A stretch of 32,000 bases of DNA from Cereibacter sphaeroides 2.4.1 (lineage in GTDB: Bacteria; Pseudomonadota; Alphaproteobacteria; Rhodobacterales; Rhodobacteraceae). Below the pieces are notes generated by a model. That model ran no database searches. It was not told the DNA's origin and was given only the letters and a program-made list of their open reading frames with translations. Location of the stretch: contig NC_007493.2 of the NCBI RefSeq assembly GCF_000012905.2, positions 2,670,001 through 2,702,000 on the forward strand, written 5' to 3'. The position numbers and the translations under genes are program-made. Below are positions 31,739 to 32,000 of this stretch, in pieces (the first letter of the stretch is position 1; each line of letters opens with the position of its first letter).

Positions 31739-32000
31739 GCGCCGAGCTCCGCCACGAGGTCGCGGAGCGCCTGCGGCGAGGCGAGCCGCGCCCGGGCCAG
31801 CGTCGGCGCCTCGGTCTCGCAGATCCGCACCGAGAGGCCGCCGCAGGCATTGACCACCCGGAACATCTCCTCGTCGGTCACGTCGTCGCCTATCGCAACG
31901 GGCCTCCGCCCGGCGAAGGGCGGCTCCGTCAGAAAGGCCTCGAGCGCCGTGCCCTTGTTGGCCGAGGCCGGCCGCAGTTCCACCACCATCTTGCCGTGCT
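31735..32000 (-). CDS. otsB: Trehalose-phosphatase, 3' part only (gene continues beyond the window)
   Basis: The C-terminal HAD-phosphatase segment reads VELRPASANKGTALEAFLTEPPFAGRRPVAIGDDVTDEEMF. The gene is directly coupled to otsA. The N-terminus is off-window. Confidence 0.85.
   Translation of the reverse strand, partial: HGKMVVELRPASANKGTALEAFLTEPPFAGRRPVAIGDDVTDEEMFRVVNACGGLSVRICETEAPTLARARLASPQALRDLVAELGA

Noticed and set aside
1-32000. CRISPR arrays, transposases/IS elements, integrases, prophage or toxin-antitoxin/defence modules
   Set aside because: I saw no direct-repeat/spacer array. No ORF has transposase, integrase or phage signatures. All sizeable ORFs are accounted for by metabolic, envelope or stress genes.

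Overview
This is a very GC-rich chromosomal segment: third codon positions are almost all G/C, and every frame carries long spurious ORFs. Gene content and order look alphaproteobacterial, probably Rhodobacteraceae (Cereibacter/Rhodobacter-like). That assignment is inference from recognisable protein sequences only. I support about 33 protein genes and one tRNA.

The left part (1-17.3 kb) is ordinary housekeeping:
- exbB-exbD-tonB and map
- a cinA-like/GNAT/OmpA-family operon
- a LysR regulator divergent from an untracked 46-codon ORF
- an exported hypothetical protein
- accD-folC
- the gpmI / EnvC-like M23 / ctpA / rppH operon
- dapF-mtaB

tRNA-Lys(UUU) sits at 17387-17461. To its right the content becomes stress or accessory-like:
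- a TreS-like GH13 enzyme
- two tiny hydrophilic ORFs forming a self-contained promoter-to-terminator unit
- DUF72
- a NitT/TauT-type ABC transporter plus a class-III aminotransferase
- purU
- an MFS transporter with a soluble C-terminal domain
- a bacterial type IB topoisomerase
- DUF3008, DUF4142 and otsB-otsA (otsB truncated by the window edge)

The main hunt result is six intergenic, correctly oriented copies of an ECF-sigma promoter motif of the EcfG/general-stress-response type. Five of the six share the geometry GGAAC-N18-GTT. Together they would tie the TreS-like gene, the tiny-ORF unit, the MFS gene, topoisomerase IB, DUF3008 and DUF4142 into one putative stress regulon beside the trehalose genes. 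One pair forms overlapping back-to-back promoters.

Other observations:
- a REP-like intergenic repeat family (three copies)
- a 19-nt direct repeat flanking the 12.1-kb segment next to tRNA-Lys
- candidate coupled upstream mini-ORFs
- a structured LysR / small-ORF control region

I saw no CRISPR array, transposase, integrase or phage genes.
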